In this document: in pieces, positions 30,058 to 46,550 of the stretch
Layout: every line of letters starts with the position of its first letter
Position numbering within the stretch: the first letter of the stretch is position 1
From: Eledone cirrhosa
Taxonomy: Eukaryota
DNA length: 64,000 nt
Assembly: GCA_964016885.1 (NCBI GenBank)
Contig: OZ024746.1
Coordinates: 38,502,001 to 38,566,000 of the forward strand
Reading direction: 5' to 3'
Program-made: the position numbers and the translations under genes
The notes under the pieces: generated by a model
Database searches by the model: none
Told to the model about the DNA's origin: nothing
The model's input: only the letters and a program-made list of their open reading frames with translations

Positions 30058-31744
30058 TGTATTTTATACATGTATTTTTTTTTCATTACGGGTGGATGAA
30101 CTGATGAAAATGTGGTGTAGAGTCTAGTGTCATAACGATTGTTTCATCGTAACAATTTCGCCTTACTCCGACATCATTACTTCTTTACAAGCATTGGGTC
30201 TTATCACAATCAGTATGCCACATCGCAGATAGATGCCACATTATATCCATCGTATTTTTAGAATATTCATTTTTGTTGAGTACAGTGCTTATACTTCAAC
30301 AAGTCCATTATGTCACACCAGGTATCTTGCGGTTATTATATCTCAAGACAACAATTATATTTCGACACAGACAATGTACTGCATCATAGCAATTATGTTG
30401 TGTCATTTTACAGAAAGCTGCACCTTGTCATTTCATTGCATCAATCTTGTCTCAACTCATCCATTCGTGAAACACCCGCGAAATACATTAATCTTAGTGA
30501 AAATATTTTTCCCATAAAATATATGGCCTCTGTATGACCTCCTTTCATAAATCACACCACACAAGAGCACATTTATTATTCTTGAAGCAAAGTTTATTTA
30601 ACACAGAAATTTGTAGAATCAATCAGGTTTTAAGTGTGCATTAGTAAATAGAATCGCATCATAGTTCAAAGACAAAGCTATGAAATACACCGGCCAGTAG
30701 AAAAGACAATACAAACTACATAAAACCCACATAAATATATCGATCTCATAGTAATTTTTTATAGATTTCTCACATTAGATTATATACAGAATATATTAAA
30801 AGCTAAGTTGATTCTATTTATACCATTGATTAAAAGGGTAACCATGTATATATGTAGAGATCTACTTTATTCCCATGTGTATATAATCATCAAGTGCGGA
30901 ACCTCTTCCGAAACCATCAGCCCCAAATGAGCTAACAGAGCCCAACCGCACTGAAGGAATTTGTATGGAGTTAGGGCTTCCAGCCTCAGCTAATGAATTT
31001 ACGCAATGGATTCTATTCTCAACAGACCTTCTCACGCCTATACAGAGAATGAAAGCCACAGTCGTCTCAGAAAACGAGCGCATTGGCTGGGAGGCTAACA
31101 TTTTTATTTAGAAAGAAACTCTATCTAGTCCTTCCAACTATTAAAGCTATTTTAAAGTTCCTCATTCAGTTAGAGTCTGGAGATTCTTGTTGGCTGTTTC
31201 TTTTATAATTAAAACGTGAGGCAGAGAAAGTGGGACTCACTGTGTCATTGACTGATGGCGTGGTTAATGAACTCGTTTTTTTAGGCGTTAGCTTCCAAGC
31301 TTATTTTTTAATAATCAAATGGAAACATTTGCGCGATTTGTCTTCTACATGAAGAACATATACTTGAAACGTGATGCAGGAACTAAAATAGTAAATTAAG
31401 TGAACCAAAAAATGTTAAACCTGCAATGAAATGAAACAGCAAAAATTATGCCATTTGTGTGATGTCCACTCACGAGATAGATCTTTGAAAAGTTATAGCC
31501 TTCAGCAACGTCTATTAAAACCTCAACTTCGTAGAAATGTTAATTATCCAAACGTCTATGTTCAAATTTCTTATAAAATTAAGATGTTTATTTCCATACG
31601 TTATGACTAAATCAGTGAGTGCGTTCATAACTTAAAAAACGTAAAACCATTTGTGATATACGAAACCATCAAATCAACCAACATTTTTTCCTTCTCTTCG
31701 TTTCAACTAATTGCACAATAATATCATTAATTATCTTAAATATA

Positions 31745-32010
31745 AAATGGAAAAAAACGAAGATAATTTTATTAGGCACCATCAAAAAGAAAGAAACAAT
31801 AATATTTTGAACATTTAATTAGAAAATATAGTTTACAAAGACTATTAATAGAAAGCAAAAGAATTGGAAGAGAATAAAAGAAAAAGTAATGATTACGTGG
31901 ACGAATAATATCAAGAACTGGTCACACTGAATGTAAAATAATATAAAGACAGTGCAAGAACATCATAATGGTGATCCACGGTGTTGTAAGAAAATGATTC
32001 CAGATGATAA
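31745..32010 (+). mobile_element. Decayed RTE LINE 3' fragment
   Basis: Patchy translation TIKKK..HLIRKYSLQRLLIESK...ITWTNNIKNW resembles the RTE ORF C-terminus. Confidence 0.6.
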
Positions 32011-33621
32011 TTATTGATATTAGGACTGCTTAGTGAGGTGGGTTAGCACAATATTTATAACGTTCAATAAAATACCTTGCGATAGCTAACAATAGACCTA
32101 CCTCCTGGGTGTAAACCTTGCGTAAATCAACATTGTTTTTTTACACTTCACGGTTTGATAAAATAGGTTTATGTCCACTACTTTCCTCACTGAAATCGAA
32201 TGTTTCCTCCCTCAAGTATGCATTAATCGTATGCCTTTGTAAGAAATTGGTAGAGCGAAATTCCGTTGTTTAATACATGCCAATGGCACCTTATCCTTCA
32301 AAACATTAGATAAATCTACTTCCATGATCTTATTTTGCATGTAGTAAAAATGCTCTACTTAAATCGAAGAGCTAACTGAAAAATGAACAGAGAAAGGAGA
32401 TTTCTTCATAATGATTTTTCGACATCTAAGAAATTAACTTAGGGAAGACTTAGGTTACAGCAGATATGCAAATACATTATCATGATTTTTACGGCGAGCC
32501 TGTTTGATGAAACACTACATAGGGGTCAGCTTTCTTATGCTGATACAATTGTCTACACGTCTAAACTCTTTAACGTTCGACCAAGTATTTCAAATTGAAC
32601 AGACCTATAATTCAAAATATTTATGTTGTGATAACCACAAGTTTAAGGCATGGATTATAAAGACCAACATTATCCAGTATGGTAATGTTTGAGAAAATAT
32701 GGCCTGTCATTTCTAACAGATCTGACGACAGTGTAAAGGGTCTTATATTTCAAAGGTTAGTATAAACTTCCGCTGGGAAGTAATAGCCGCACAAGTAAAG
32801 GTTAACGAATAATTATCAGAATTAAATTTAAGTCCAAATTTACCTGTGATTAACCACTTCTTGATCCAGCAGAGAATTATATCTGGTATCCTATTCACGC
32901 AAGCGGACAAAGAGTGGTAGTAAACGCTGTCCCAATAGATCATGCAAGTCTGAAAGGATAAGCATTTTTATGGTTATATCACATAAACTAGTTTCTTATC
33001 AGAAGAGAAAGCGTATTTGAGTAAGGTGTTTAATCCTATCATCTTCACACTACCGGAAAGAATAGTATGTACTAATACATCCTGAATATTCAAAAGAAAT
33101 TTCCAAAGAAGCCTCGGAAGTATATAGGAGAGATTATTTTTCAGTCTGAAAAGAAAGAAGAAAAACATTTTTAAGAAAATAAAAACACTTTTTTCTTTTT
33201 TCGCGTGGGTAAGAAGATATTTATAAAGATTTAAGGTGAAATACCCATAAGCAGAATATAACGAGAATATTACCGCTAACATAATTAGTTTCATCTATAT
33301 CATAATAAACATGTACTACTTTGTTGAAATCTATTGGCTGTTATTCGGATTCTTTTGTTAGTTTCGTTTAAAAACATTAGGAAATCTAAACAAAAAAGAA
33401 CATTGAAACTAATTGATTTTATATACATATATATATATATATTTAATACATTAACAGAGAATGCCTTAAGCGATACTCTGACCAACTCCATCTCACTCAA
33501 CAAACATTAGGGTATACCTAAGTATTTTCCCAATTTAGTGTTTGGGGTGCTAACTAATCAGTATATCGTGGATAGCTGGTTATATTATTTTATATGAGAC
33601 ATAAATAAATATCGCTTTCCT

Positions 33622-33745
33622 TCCGGACGGCCGTTTCGTTATAAGATTTCTACAATTTGGGATAAATAATTTCTAGGTTATGTAGAAACTTGTATATAAC
33701 CCATAGTGTTATACACAAGCGGGCTCTTATAAACTCATCAGTGGA
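33622..33745 (-). ncRNA. Hammerhead with large branched stem II (in element 33445-33770)
   Basis: tcca-CTGATGA-gtttataaga[hairpins cttgtgtataac/gttatatacaag and tttctaca/tgtagaaa]tcttataac-GAAA-cggccg-TC-cgga. Confidence 0.8.
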
Positions 33746-34030
33746 TGCCCAAATAATATCGATATAAGAATTACATCGACATTAATAGATTAGTGATGGT
33801 CTCCTTCAGCGCTAGAAATAGACTGGTAGATTCGAACATCCAGCAGTCCTCTCTAAGATAAACTACACGCTGCCCCCAAGATATATATATATATATACAT
33901 ATATACATATACATACATATATATATTCATATCTATATATGTATTTGTTGCAAGGTTGCTTAGATGCGTCCATAGGCGGTATACCGGTTGAGCACACTAT
34001 GCTCCTTCAGATTTGCTTCGAAGTCGCTCG

Positions 34031-34123
34031 ACGTATCTGAGGAACTTGCGAATCTAGAGTCAGGTTCGATCCACAATTAGATCGTACCTCGAGCTGTTCG
34101 CCGGAGAAACAATTGTAATATGT
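34031..34123 (+). ncRNA. Hammerhead with long stem II (family E element 33945-34165)
   Basis: acgtat-CTGAGGA-..gcgaa..aggttcgatc/gatcgtacct..ttcgc..-GAAA-caattg-TA-atatgt-taataaa. Confidence 0.75.
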
Positions 34124-34167
34124 TAATAAATTGTGTTTCGATGCATCACTGATTCTTCGTTTTCTAT

Positions 34168-34674
<507 letters not shown>

Positions 34675-34675
34675 C

Positions 34676-35264
34676 TGTTATACTTGGGGAGGGTCATATT
34701 GTTGTAATAATATTGCCAGAAATAATAACAGAACACACTCACTGTTTGGTTGGTTTTCGCTTCTGTATCTTTTATATCTCCATAGTTAATTCATTTGGCC
34801 ATCGATGTTTATCACTGACTGACCAACGGTCAAAAATACAGATATAAATACATATATATATATAGTCTAACAAAGTTCTTTCGTTGCACATCTGCAACAT
34901 CATCAGTGGTACTATTATCATGTCTACACCAATGGCGTAGACATTACAATACATACAATAAAGCAGGAGAAATATGATAATAGTACCACTGATGATATTG
35001 CAGATGTGCAACGAAAAAACTGTTAGACTATATATATGTATTTATATCTGTATCTTTGCCCATTGGTCAGACAGTGATAAACATTGATGGCCAAATGAAT
35101 TAACTATGGAGATATAAAATATACCGAAAACCAACCAAACAGTGAGTGTGTTCTGTTATTATTTCCTGCAATATTGTTACAACAATATGACCTTCCCCAA
35201 GTATAACAATATTTGTTTTGACGCACGATTTCATATCAAAAACCTTGCAAAACAAATTCATCGG

Positions 35265-35266
<2 letters not shown>
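34676..35266. mobile_element. Family B-related palindrome, ~240-bp arms, hammerheads at 34870-34909 (-) and 34986-35025 (+), 55-nt tail
   Basis: ca-CTGATGA-t-gttgca-gatg-tgcaac-GAAA-gaac-TT-tg; ends and tail are homologous to family B. Confidence 0.88.
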
Positions 35267-35337
<71 letters not shown>

Positions 35338-35338
<1 letters not shown>

Positions 35339-35744
35339 CAAAAGGGATATTTAATTTGTTGGTAATTCAACAAATATATATGTTTATAACTGATTCGAAG
35401 CACTTGACAAGTTTTCTGGAGTATAATATCTATGATATTAAATAATATTTATAAAACCTTATTTATTCTATTATATATATTTCAAGGGTACCAAAACTTT
35501 GGTACGCTCTCATCAGATAAAATACAACGTTTTTTTATAAATATTGACATATCCAGGAAGAAGATCTTAACGGTTCAAATTTTTCCTGGATTGACTATCC
35601 AGGAAAAATTTGAACCGTTAAGATCTTCTTCCTGGATATGTCAATATTTATAAAACCAACTTTGTATTCTATCTGATGAGAGCGTACCAAAGTTGTGATA
35701 CCCTTGAAATATATATAATAGAATAAATAAGGTTTTATAAATAT
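35338..35744. mobile_element. Near-perfect palindrome (35445-35744, 4-nt loop) with a hammerhead in each arm and a ~105-nt tail
   Basis: 35667-35723 (+): ttctat-CTGATGA-gagcgtacc...ccctt-GAAA-tatata-TA-atagaa-taaa. Confidence 0.9.
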
Positions 35745-35769
35745 AGATTCCATTTATTTAATATCATTG

Positions 35770-35815
<46 letters not shown>

Positions 35816-35835
35816 GTGTGGGTGTGTGGGTGTGT

Positions 35836-35895
<60 letters not shown>

Positions 35896-36012
35896 TGTGT
35901 GTATGTATGTGTGTGTGTGTATGTGTGTGTGTGTGTGTGTGTATGAATGTATGTATATATATTTATACACAAATGTATGTGCGTGCGTGTGCGTGTATGC
36001 GTATTATTATTG

Positions 36013-36117
36013 TTTGGCAGTATCGGTAGAATGTTGAACACCATGCTTTGCAGCATAGAGTTACGGTCCTTTAGGTACTGATTTCAAGTCCCACCGAGGT
36101 TAGCTTTGCCTTTCATT
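36013..36117 (+). mobile_element. SINE 5' portion
   Basis: tggcagtatcggtaga...ccgaggttagctttgcctttcat. Confidence 0.8.
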
Positions 36118-36119
36118 TA

Positions 36120-36780
36120 TTATCATTTCCAGTACACCTATTGTAATAGGGATTGTTTCCGTTTTCATTATCCATATTCGAGTTATTTCTATCTCCATAC
36201 TGTTATAATAGGAAACTTCTTCCGTTTCTTTAATAGATATATTGGTATATGTGAGGATAAATACGTTACTTAGAAGACATTTTTTTCTTTACCATATTTG
36301 ACGATAATATCCGATCGGTTAGCTTTGATTTCTCTGTCTGTGTATATTGGCTTATCCCAGAGTACGGTTGCTTTGTAATTCTTAGAAACTTCTTCTGGTG
36401 TATGTTTTACCACTTTTTTTCTGTTGGTATTTCGTAATGTTGCATACCTTCCAGTATATATAAATCCCAACTTTATTATATCCGTGTATTCTTTTCAAGC
36501 TAAGACTTGACAGCTGGAGTCAATTTCGTCAATATTTTCCCCACCATCACCACATAAGCTGCAGTTACTGACAGAGTTCTGCTTCATTATGTATTTTTGT
36601 TGGTTCCTGGTAGGGCACGCTTTGATTTTCTGCTACGATTATATATCCTTTAGTTCAGAGATTATTAACCTGTTTTGTTAATTTGCTTGTCGACTGCCTC
36701 CTTATTTATTTGTTCGGGATATTGGCCATGTAGTGGTTTTTCTTGCTATCGTTTGGGCATAGCATTCTGAAGATTTTGTT
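36120..36780 (-). mobile_element. Decayed second R4/Dong LINE fragment (CCHC + RLE)
   Basis: CSLCGDGGENIDEIDSSC and ATVLWDKPIYTDREIKANRSDIIV. Confidence 0.8.
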
Positions 36781-37779
36781 TTCACAGAATCATCAGACAA
36801 GACTGAGTCTTGTTTGATGATCCTATGATTACACATCTGAAAGTTCAGTCTAACAAAGCTCATCAGTTAGCCATAATACTTAGTACAAGACCTGGAAGTT
36901 GAAACAATAGCGTCATCCAGGAACTGCCGCGGGGGATGTGGCTCCAGACCAGTCAGATATGAGAAAACTGCAGTAGTCGTAAAAAAGACAGGGAGACGAG
37001 GCGAAACCCTACAGTGTGGTTGCGATTGACTTCATGCTAATCAGATGAGTTGTTTTTCATGGTGCTGTCTAGGATGTATGAGTGTGTAGCTGCAACAGCT
37101 ATCCCACATGGGAGGCCAATAAACCAATGTGAATCTCCCATGAACATTGTAGTTTTTGTGAATAATGTATTTTCAGAGAAAGGCGGCTAATATCTGTGAT
37201 GAAGGATTTGCTATGAGAAGGAAATACGTTCGTTAGTTGAGAACTTCAATGAAGGTGAGACGTAGCAGGTTTAGCGACCTTGAGCGTTCTAGTTCCATGG
37301 TTAGTTCATGGTTAGGGAGAAACGAGTGTACAACAATATGATCGTGTTATATATAATGATTATGTTCTGTGCTATTAATGGAGACAAAATTGTCAGAACA
37401 TTATAGTAGAATATTTATGAGGTCAATGTATATTTGGTGTGAAGTCTCTAAGCTGCATGTAGATAAAGCTTATTAGAGTGGGATATTACAAAGGAATGAA
37501 GTGCGGTATCATCTGGCGTATGAGTTGCTGTTGTTTGGAAAGAGGGGGAGTATAGGTTGATAGGGAGTGTAGAGGCAAATAAAACACAACTTCTATGGTA
37601 CAACAGAATTGATTATTTCGTTCATTCTTCTTCATATTAAATTCCTTCTTTTCATTATTTTTATTGTATTACATCAATTTTCATATATATTTTTCAACAA
37701 GTTAAACTCATTTGCAACCACAAAGAGCCATGAGTATATTGTCATTATTAACACGTTCTTACTCCCCGTACGCAAATGT

Positions 37780-38400
<621 letters not shown>

Positions 38401-39812
38401 TAAATGTTACTCTATCGCAGTCTATAGATGCTTTGTTTGTTCTTGATTGTTCGTTACTTTAATTTTAATGTTTTTTTCGTGTAGTTCTTTCAAAAATATA
38501 TTAAGTGAATAGAAAGAAATTTTGGTTTGCCGCATAACAATATTTTTAAATTATAAATTTTTGCAGTGAGGATTTATATTCTGACTGTAAAACAATGATG
38601 TTGTTGTTGTCGTCATTCTGTTTTATTATTTTTGAATTACTTAGTATTTTCGGTGTGCTCATCTAAATATGTGTATGTATGAGAGGATATAAGCGTGTGA
38701 CTTCTTGTGTATAATTTCCCAGTATATGTAAGAGTATTTTATTACTATTTATGTTATGCCGTAGTGTGTAGTGTTATACTGTTTTGTGGGTTAAATATTT
38801 CTTTCATAGATTTCTTATCACGTACAATACCACAGTTTTTGAACTGTGAAAAGTAGATATAAAGATATAAAAGAAAAGCACGACGAAAAATGTTTATATA
38901 TATATATATATATATATATTCGTATACATTTATATATATAGATATATATATTCATATATTTATATATGTGTATATATATATATATATGCGTGTGTGTGTG
39001 TGTGCGTTTGCGTGTATACGTAAGTATATATTTGTGTGTATACATATATATATATATATATATATAGGTATATATTATATAGGTATTTATGTATATATAG
39101 AGAAAGAAAGTGTTAGAAAGTATATGTTTAATTCACACAATTACACATATTCTTAGCACTGAGTATTTATTGAAACGTTGAACACATTTAGTGATTAAAT
39201 GTTATAATATGCAATGCATCCACCTATTGTATGTACAATTGTATATATATATATATGTGTGTGTGTATATATGTACACACACACATATATATATATATAT
39301 GTATATATATTTATGTGTGTGTGTACATATATATGTTTATATAGAGAGAGAGATTGATATATATGTGTCTGTGTGTGTCTTTGTCTGTGTGTTTGTGTTT
39401 GTCGGTGAGTGTATGTAAAAGACAATGTAAAAAGTCAACGGAAAACGGATGTCCCATCTGCCCAATCAACCTCTGCAAATCACTACGGTTTCTGTTCAAT
39501 AAGGTTGATATCTTTCATTCCAGTGCAGATTGAGACATTACAAAACAAGGAGAGATAAGTTATACCATTAGAAAATCTGGAGCATGCAACGGGGAAAGAA
39601 TATAGAAAGAAGAGAAAAAGTAAAATAGAAGACAATGATAAGGACCGTAATACAACGTACAGACAAAGTAGAAGGTTACTTGGGCATAGAAAAATTAAGA
39701 AGGGAGAATAGAGGAAAGCACTACATCAGACCTTCATACAACTTTTCACAAACAAACAAACAAAATGACTCATATACGATCATGTTAACTTAAATTGCAC
39801 AAGGATACTCTT

Positions 39813-40111
39813 ATTAAAATCTTTCTTTTATTTAAGATTCATTCTGACTTTACGTTCGAAATTGATTGATTGAACACCCACGTGCTTTCCACCATAAAAA
39901 AGGATTTTTTTCCGTTTCTTACTCTTCATTCTCTCGGCTTTTGTTATGTTACTTCTTAAAGCTCTCATTCTATCCCGTGAGAAAGGACTAACGTCCGAAA
40001 AGTTTGGACGTGTTTCCTACTATATCAAGCGTTAAACTAATATCTGTCGTTTTACATCATTGATGCTTCGCATACATATACACACAACATACAGACACAC
40101 ACACACGCACG

Positions 40112-40175
<64 letters not shown>

Positions 40176-40457
40176 TATTAAAAAAATAATGAATAAAACA
40201 ATGAAACAGTTCCTTATATTAAACAAAAAAAGTTCATTATTTAACGATCGTTTCTAGGACATATATGTGTTAGAATTGGCATGCATATTCAACAGATCTA
40301 TGTACAAAATTATACAAAATTATACAAACTATCAAATTTAATATACATACCAACACATACATATGCCGTCTTCAGAAATAATGAAATATATTTATTGATA
40401 ATAACAACAATTCAAAATTACAGGTCTGTAGATAAATCTACTCTTGGTAGATTTATC

Positions 40458-40488
<31 letters not shown>

Positions 40489-40853
40489 AAGAAAACGAAA
40501 AATCAGTGATACATCTGGACTTAGTTTATTTCGTGTTACAAATGTTTAGCCGGCATGTAGCTCCAGTCATGGTCCTTGTATGGATCTGGCTGATTCTACT
40601 TCGCGTGATAAAATTTGCTCCGGACGTAACACCCGTGTCTGAAAGAACCCGCAAAAGTAGAATCAGCCAGATCCATACAAGGACCATGACTCAAGCTACA
40701 TGACGGCGAAAAATTTGTAACATGAAATAAACTAAGACGAGATGCATCACTGATTTTACGTTTTCTTTATAATATCTACACTCTACTCTGATGAATATCG
40801 AGTGCTAATTTTGGCATACCGCCTGTGGAAGCACCATAGCTACCACCATACAC

Positions 40854-40906
<53 letters not shown>

Positions 40907-41282
40907 GGGGGGCATATATGTGTGTGTGTATATATATATACACACATATATGCATACATATATATATTTATATATGTGTGTGAGTGCGTGCGTGTGTGTG
41001 TATGTGTGTGTGTATATATTTATGCGAAGCATCAATGATGTAAAACAACAGATATTAGTTTAACGCTTGATATAGTAGGAAACATATCAAACTTTTCGGT
41101 CTTTAGTCCTTTCTCACGGGATAGAATGAGAGCTTTAAGAAGTAACATAAAAAAAGCCAAGAGAATGAAGAGTAAGAAACGGAAAAAATCCTTTTTTTAT
41201 GGTGGAAAGCACGTGGGTGTTCAATCAGTCATTTTGGAACGTAAAGTCAGAATGAATCTTAGATAAAAGAAAGATTTTAATA
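39813..41282. mobile_element. Inverted pair of ~260-bp elements (39813-40073 / 41021-41282) enclosing other insertions
   Basis: Arms are reverse complements; eroded motif gtgagaa-a-ggac-taac-gtcc-GAAA. Confidence 0.85.
40481..40857. mobile_element. Family E fold-back (arms 40481-40601 / 40655-40775, ~80-nt tail) with eroded hammerhead 40634-40724
   Basis: cgtgt-CTGAAAGA...ggc-GAAA-a/catttg-TA-aca(t/c)g-aaataaa; downstream sequence and tail match 33945-34165. Confidence 0.8.
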
Positions 41283-41283
41283 T

Positions 41284-41340
<57 letters not shown>

Positions 41341-41375
41341 TCACAAGGATCAAAGCTATGTTCAAAGCATGTATT

Positions 41376-41422
41376 CACTCACAATTGTTTCATCGAAACC
41401 TAGGCTTGGAGTCTTCAGAGCA
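41376..41422 (-). ncRNA. Eroded family C-related hammerhead
   Basis: tgct-CTGAAGA-...-GAAA-caattg-TG-agtg; flank is homologous to 28700-28820. Confidence 0.6.
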
Positions 41423-42209
41423 TTTTTCAATGTTTGTACATATAATTGTCCTCCTATCCAACGCAAGAAACATACAGATACATATATATATATTGATTTA
41501 TACAGATACATATATATATATTGATATATATTGATATATATTGATTTACAGTGGAGTGTAAATATTATATTATATTATATTATATTGTACAGCAATTCAA
41601 ATTCAAAATCAAAATCAAAATTAAAATTAAAATTAAAATACATTCGGCAGATAACACAGATAATGCAAGAGGATAGTTTGATAATCATATCTAGTAGATA
41701 GTGTATGCATTAGTCACACATGAAGCATGCAAGTGTGACTCATTTATATACGATTATTGTGTGGCAAGGTGTTACATGTAATGCAAGCACTTTAAGCGGG
41801 TAAGCAAGAGTATTATAGTGGTTGTAGTGGTAGGGTATTTTTTGGATAGATCAAAAAAGTATGTGTGCAGAAAAAGAGAAATAAAAATAAAAAGAAATTT
41901 ATAGTTTTCGCATCCAACACCATTTTCACATTCAGAAAAAGAAGGTATTGTTTTTACATCCATCACATAAGTTACGATGATTCCGTATTGAATGTTTGAT
42001 GCATTAAATTATTGTAGCGTATTGAGGCTCAGTGTTATTTAATCCATATTTATAGAATCTATAGAACAACTGATGTTATTACATTGAGCTATTTATCTTA
42101 CTGGTAATAAGGTAGTAATAAATTACTGACCTTCCCTGTTTATGGTTTAAAATATACATAACTATAAATAGTATCCTTAATATTATATGTATATATATGT
42201 ATATATATG

Positions 42210-43545
<1,336 letters not shown>

Positions 43546-43558
43546 ATATATATTTATA

Positions 43559-43613
<55 letters not shown>

Positions 43614-43624
43614 GTATACATATA

Positions 43625-43676
<52 letters not shown>

Positions 43677-43719
43677 TATATGTATATATATATATATACA
43701 TATATATAAATATATATAC

Positions 43720-43790
<71 letters not shown>

Positions 43791-44166
43791 TAATACTTTA
43801 TATGCATAAACCAGCTTGTCGACGTTTACCGATTTTATCATATTGATATATTGTAAATACAATACATATAATAAATATATCTCGCAAGGTAGTGACATAA
43901 AATACCATAAGTCTAGTGTTTAATAGTTTTTAAATATTAAAGTCAAAAAGTTAACAAGAGACGCAACTTCACAGTTTGTGTTAATATTTAAAAGAAAAAC
44001 TCATGCACACCAGAATTTTGTAGCTATAATGCTATTTGCTGATTATTAAAGTCAGTAACGTACCTTAATAAAAGTATGTATATGCATAGATAGATATAGT
44101 TTTAATATATATGTATCTATGTATATGTATGTACACAGGCACACACACACACACACACACACACAA

Positions 44167-44200
<34 letters not shown>

Positions 44201-44221
44201 ATATACAAATATGTGTAAACG

Positions 44222-44273
<52 letters not shown>

Positions 44274-44360
44274 TGTGTGTATGTGTATATGTATTCAAAC
44301 ACACGTACACACATACACAGAAAAAATAGGGTGGGGGCTCGTTTAATTCTTTTGGCGTAA

Positions 44361-44456
44361 TTTGTTTAGATATAACTTTTATAAATTGTTTAGATATAAC
44401 TTTTATAAATTTGTTTAGATATAACTTTTATAAATTTGTTTAGATATAACTTTTAT
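44361..44456. repeat. Minisatellite, 4 x ~25 nt
   Basis: ttgtttagatataacttttataaa repeated. Confidence 0.9.
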
Positions 44457-44678
44457 CACTTTTAAATTTCACCTCAACAAGAGTCCATAGATAAAGAATA
44501 TGTAACACATACTAAAGTAGGACACTTCACGTATTTGGTTCTACTTAACACATCATTAATAGGAGCTATCTCAGATCAAATAATCTCTAATGTAATGAGT
44601 GTTTCCTTTTGTCTCCCAGGCGTGTGTCTCTCTTCCTAAATGGATCGTAAACGGTGTGTGTGTGTGTGTGAGTGTGTG

Positions 44679-44737
<59 letters not shown>

Positions 44738-45178
44738 CTGTGTAAAGATGTGTTATTGTTTGTTAGTTTACGTTATACAACAATGAAGATTAAAATATTA
44801 AAATGATGCAATTAAGTCGAAAATCTTCAACGTTTATGACATAGTCTGTCATCACTTACAGTAGTAGAAGCAGATATGTGTATTATATATATATATATAT
44901 ACGAATAACTATTCTAAAGAGATTACGCAATAGTGAATGCCTAAACACGAGAAATTAATTGTTCACATGTTGTCCACACGTCGCCAAACACCTATTACAT
45001 AACTACAAGGCTCCGGACTGATTCTTTGTAATTTTATTTTCAACCTAAAAACTTTTCGAACTTTCCCAGTTATCTACCTTACACCTCTCGCAGGCAGTCT
45101 AGTATTGCCTGTGTGAAGTGACCGGGTTTCTGCGCATGTGCGTTAGTACGGCTATCCTTCCTGTTCCTATAACCATGC

Positions 45179-45228
45179 CCATTCCGAGCTGAGGATCCGC
45201 TAAGGTGAAACAATTGTTCTCGGTATGG
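45179..45228 (+). ncRNA. Type I hammerhead motif
   Basis: ccattccgag-CTGAGGA-tccgctaaggt-GAAA-caattg-TT-ctcggtatgg; stem I 9/10 bp, palindromic stem III. Confidence 0.8.
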
Positions 45229-46397
45229 TGAACTAACTGTTGTGTAACCACTTATATATATATATATATATTTATGATTCACCTATTAACGGTGAAATAT
45301 ATTTCTTTAATGGAATATATACAAAGGAGATTAATCATTATTGCAAGGTATCTATATTCAAAGTTCTCGGTGATTTTTAATATGTTACCTCCGTAACTAT
45401 GTGTGTTTACACTCTTTACAGATTATCTCCTGTCAAGGTTTGATATGTTTATTTTATATATATATATACGTATATATATATATGTCAATCTACTTTTAAT
45501 TTAATTTTAGTATGTATATGTATATTTATACAATTAGAGAAAGCTGGTTGATTGAAATTCTGCCGACGTTCACATAACATATATCAAGCACTCAACGGTT
45601 TTTGTTTATCCGAAGTTTTATTATAATGATAAAAAAGTAAGACGGTTAGTCCATCCCTATTTATTTTATTATACGTTTTTCGAAGCCGTATGGCTTTATA
45701 TAACATCTGCCAACGTGTCTCTTCAGATAAAATCGACAGATGTAAATATCCGTTGATATGCAGCGGGTCATACGAATTATTCACTTCAGCGACTGACCAG
45801 CATATTCCTGGAAAGACTTTGCGCAAATATATTTTACAGTTGGCGTTGATGTTTTTGAACTGGCTAGGGGTCGGGTTACCGGATTGTTCAAAGGGAAGTA
45901 TGTATGTACTGTAAGTCTATTTTTTCCTTTTATGCTAGATTAAATTCACTTAAAAACTATTTCCAATTTTACATATTTATCTATAGATGCTGAAGTTATA
46001 ACGTATCCAAATATAAAAGAATTTTGAATTACTTATTTGATAGTCTATTTAACATTATTAACGTTTTAACTAAATACCCCATGAAAAGTCTTGCTGAATT
46101 TGTGCAGAAAAGAACTAAAAATTTCCGTGCGTTTATTTATAATTTCATGTCTATTGTTTATGATGTGGAGAATCTCAGAGATCACACCCTTTAGATATAG
46201 AAGGATTTGTGTATAGAAAAGTGTGTGAGAATTTTTGCCAAGAAAGGGAGTATTCAACATTATTATTTTTAAGCGACCAAATCAGTTCTGACAGGGCCGT
46301 GCGACATCTTTCATCTTCTCTTTTAAATTAATGGTGATGGTTGTACCACCTTTCTGGTGGAAGTTGCCCAATATAGCTATAAGACTTACTACTACCG

Positions 46398-46429
<32 letters not shown>

Positions 46430-46484
46430 TGACTACACATCTCTCTCTCTATATATAGGGCACCATTTTAGACCCTGTCTTCAC

Positions 46485-46550
46485 AAGAAAGATGAACAGA
46501 CCGTTTCGACACTTCATTTCAAGTGTTGAAACAGTCTGTTAATCTTTCTT
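46485..46550. repeat. 66-bp hairpin made of two inverted hammerhead 3' halves
   Basis: aagaaagatgaacagaccgtttcgacactt-cattt-caagtgttgaaacagtctgttaatctttctt. Confidence 0.75.
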
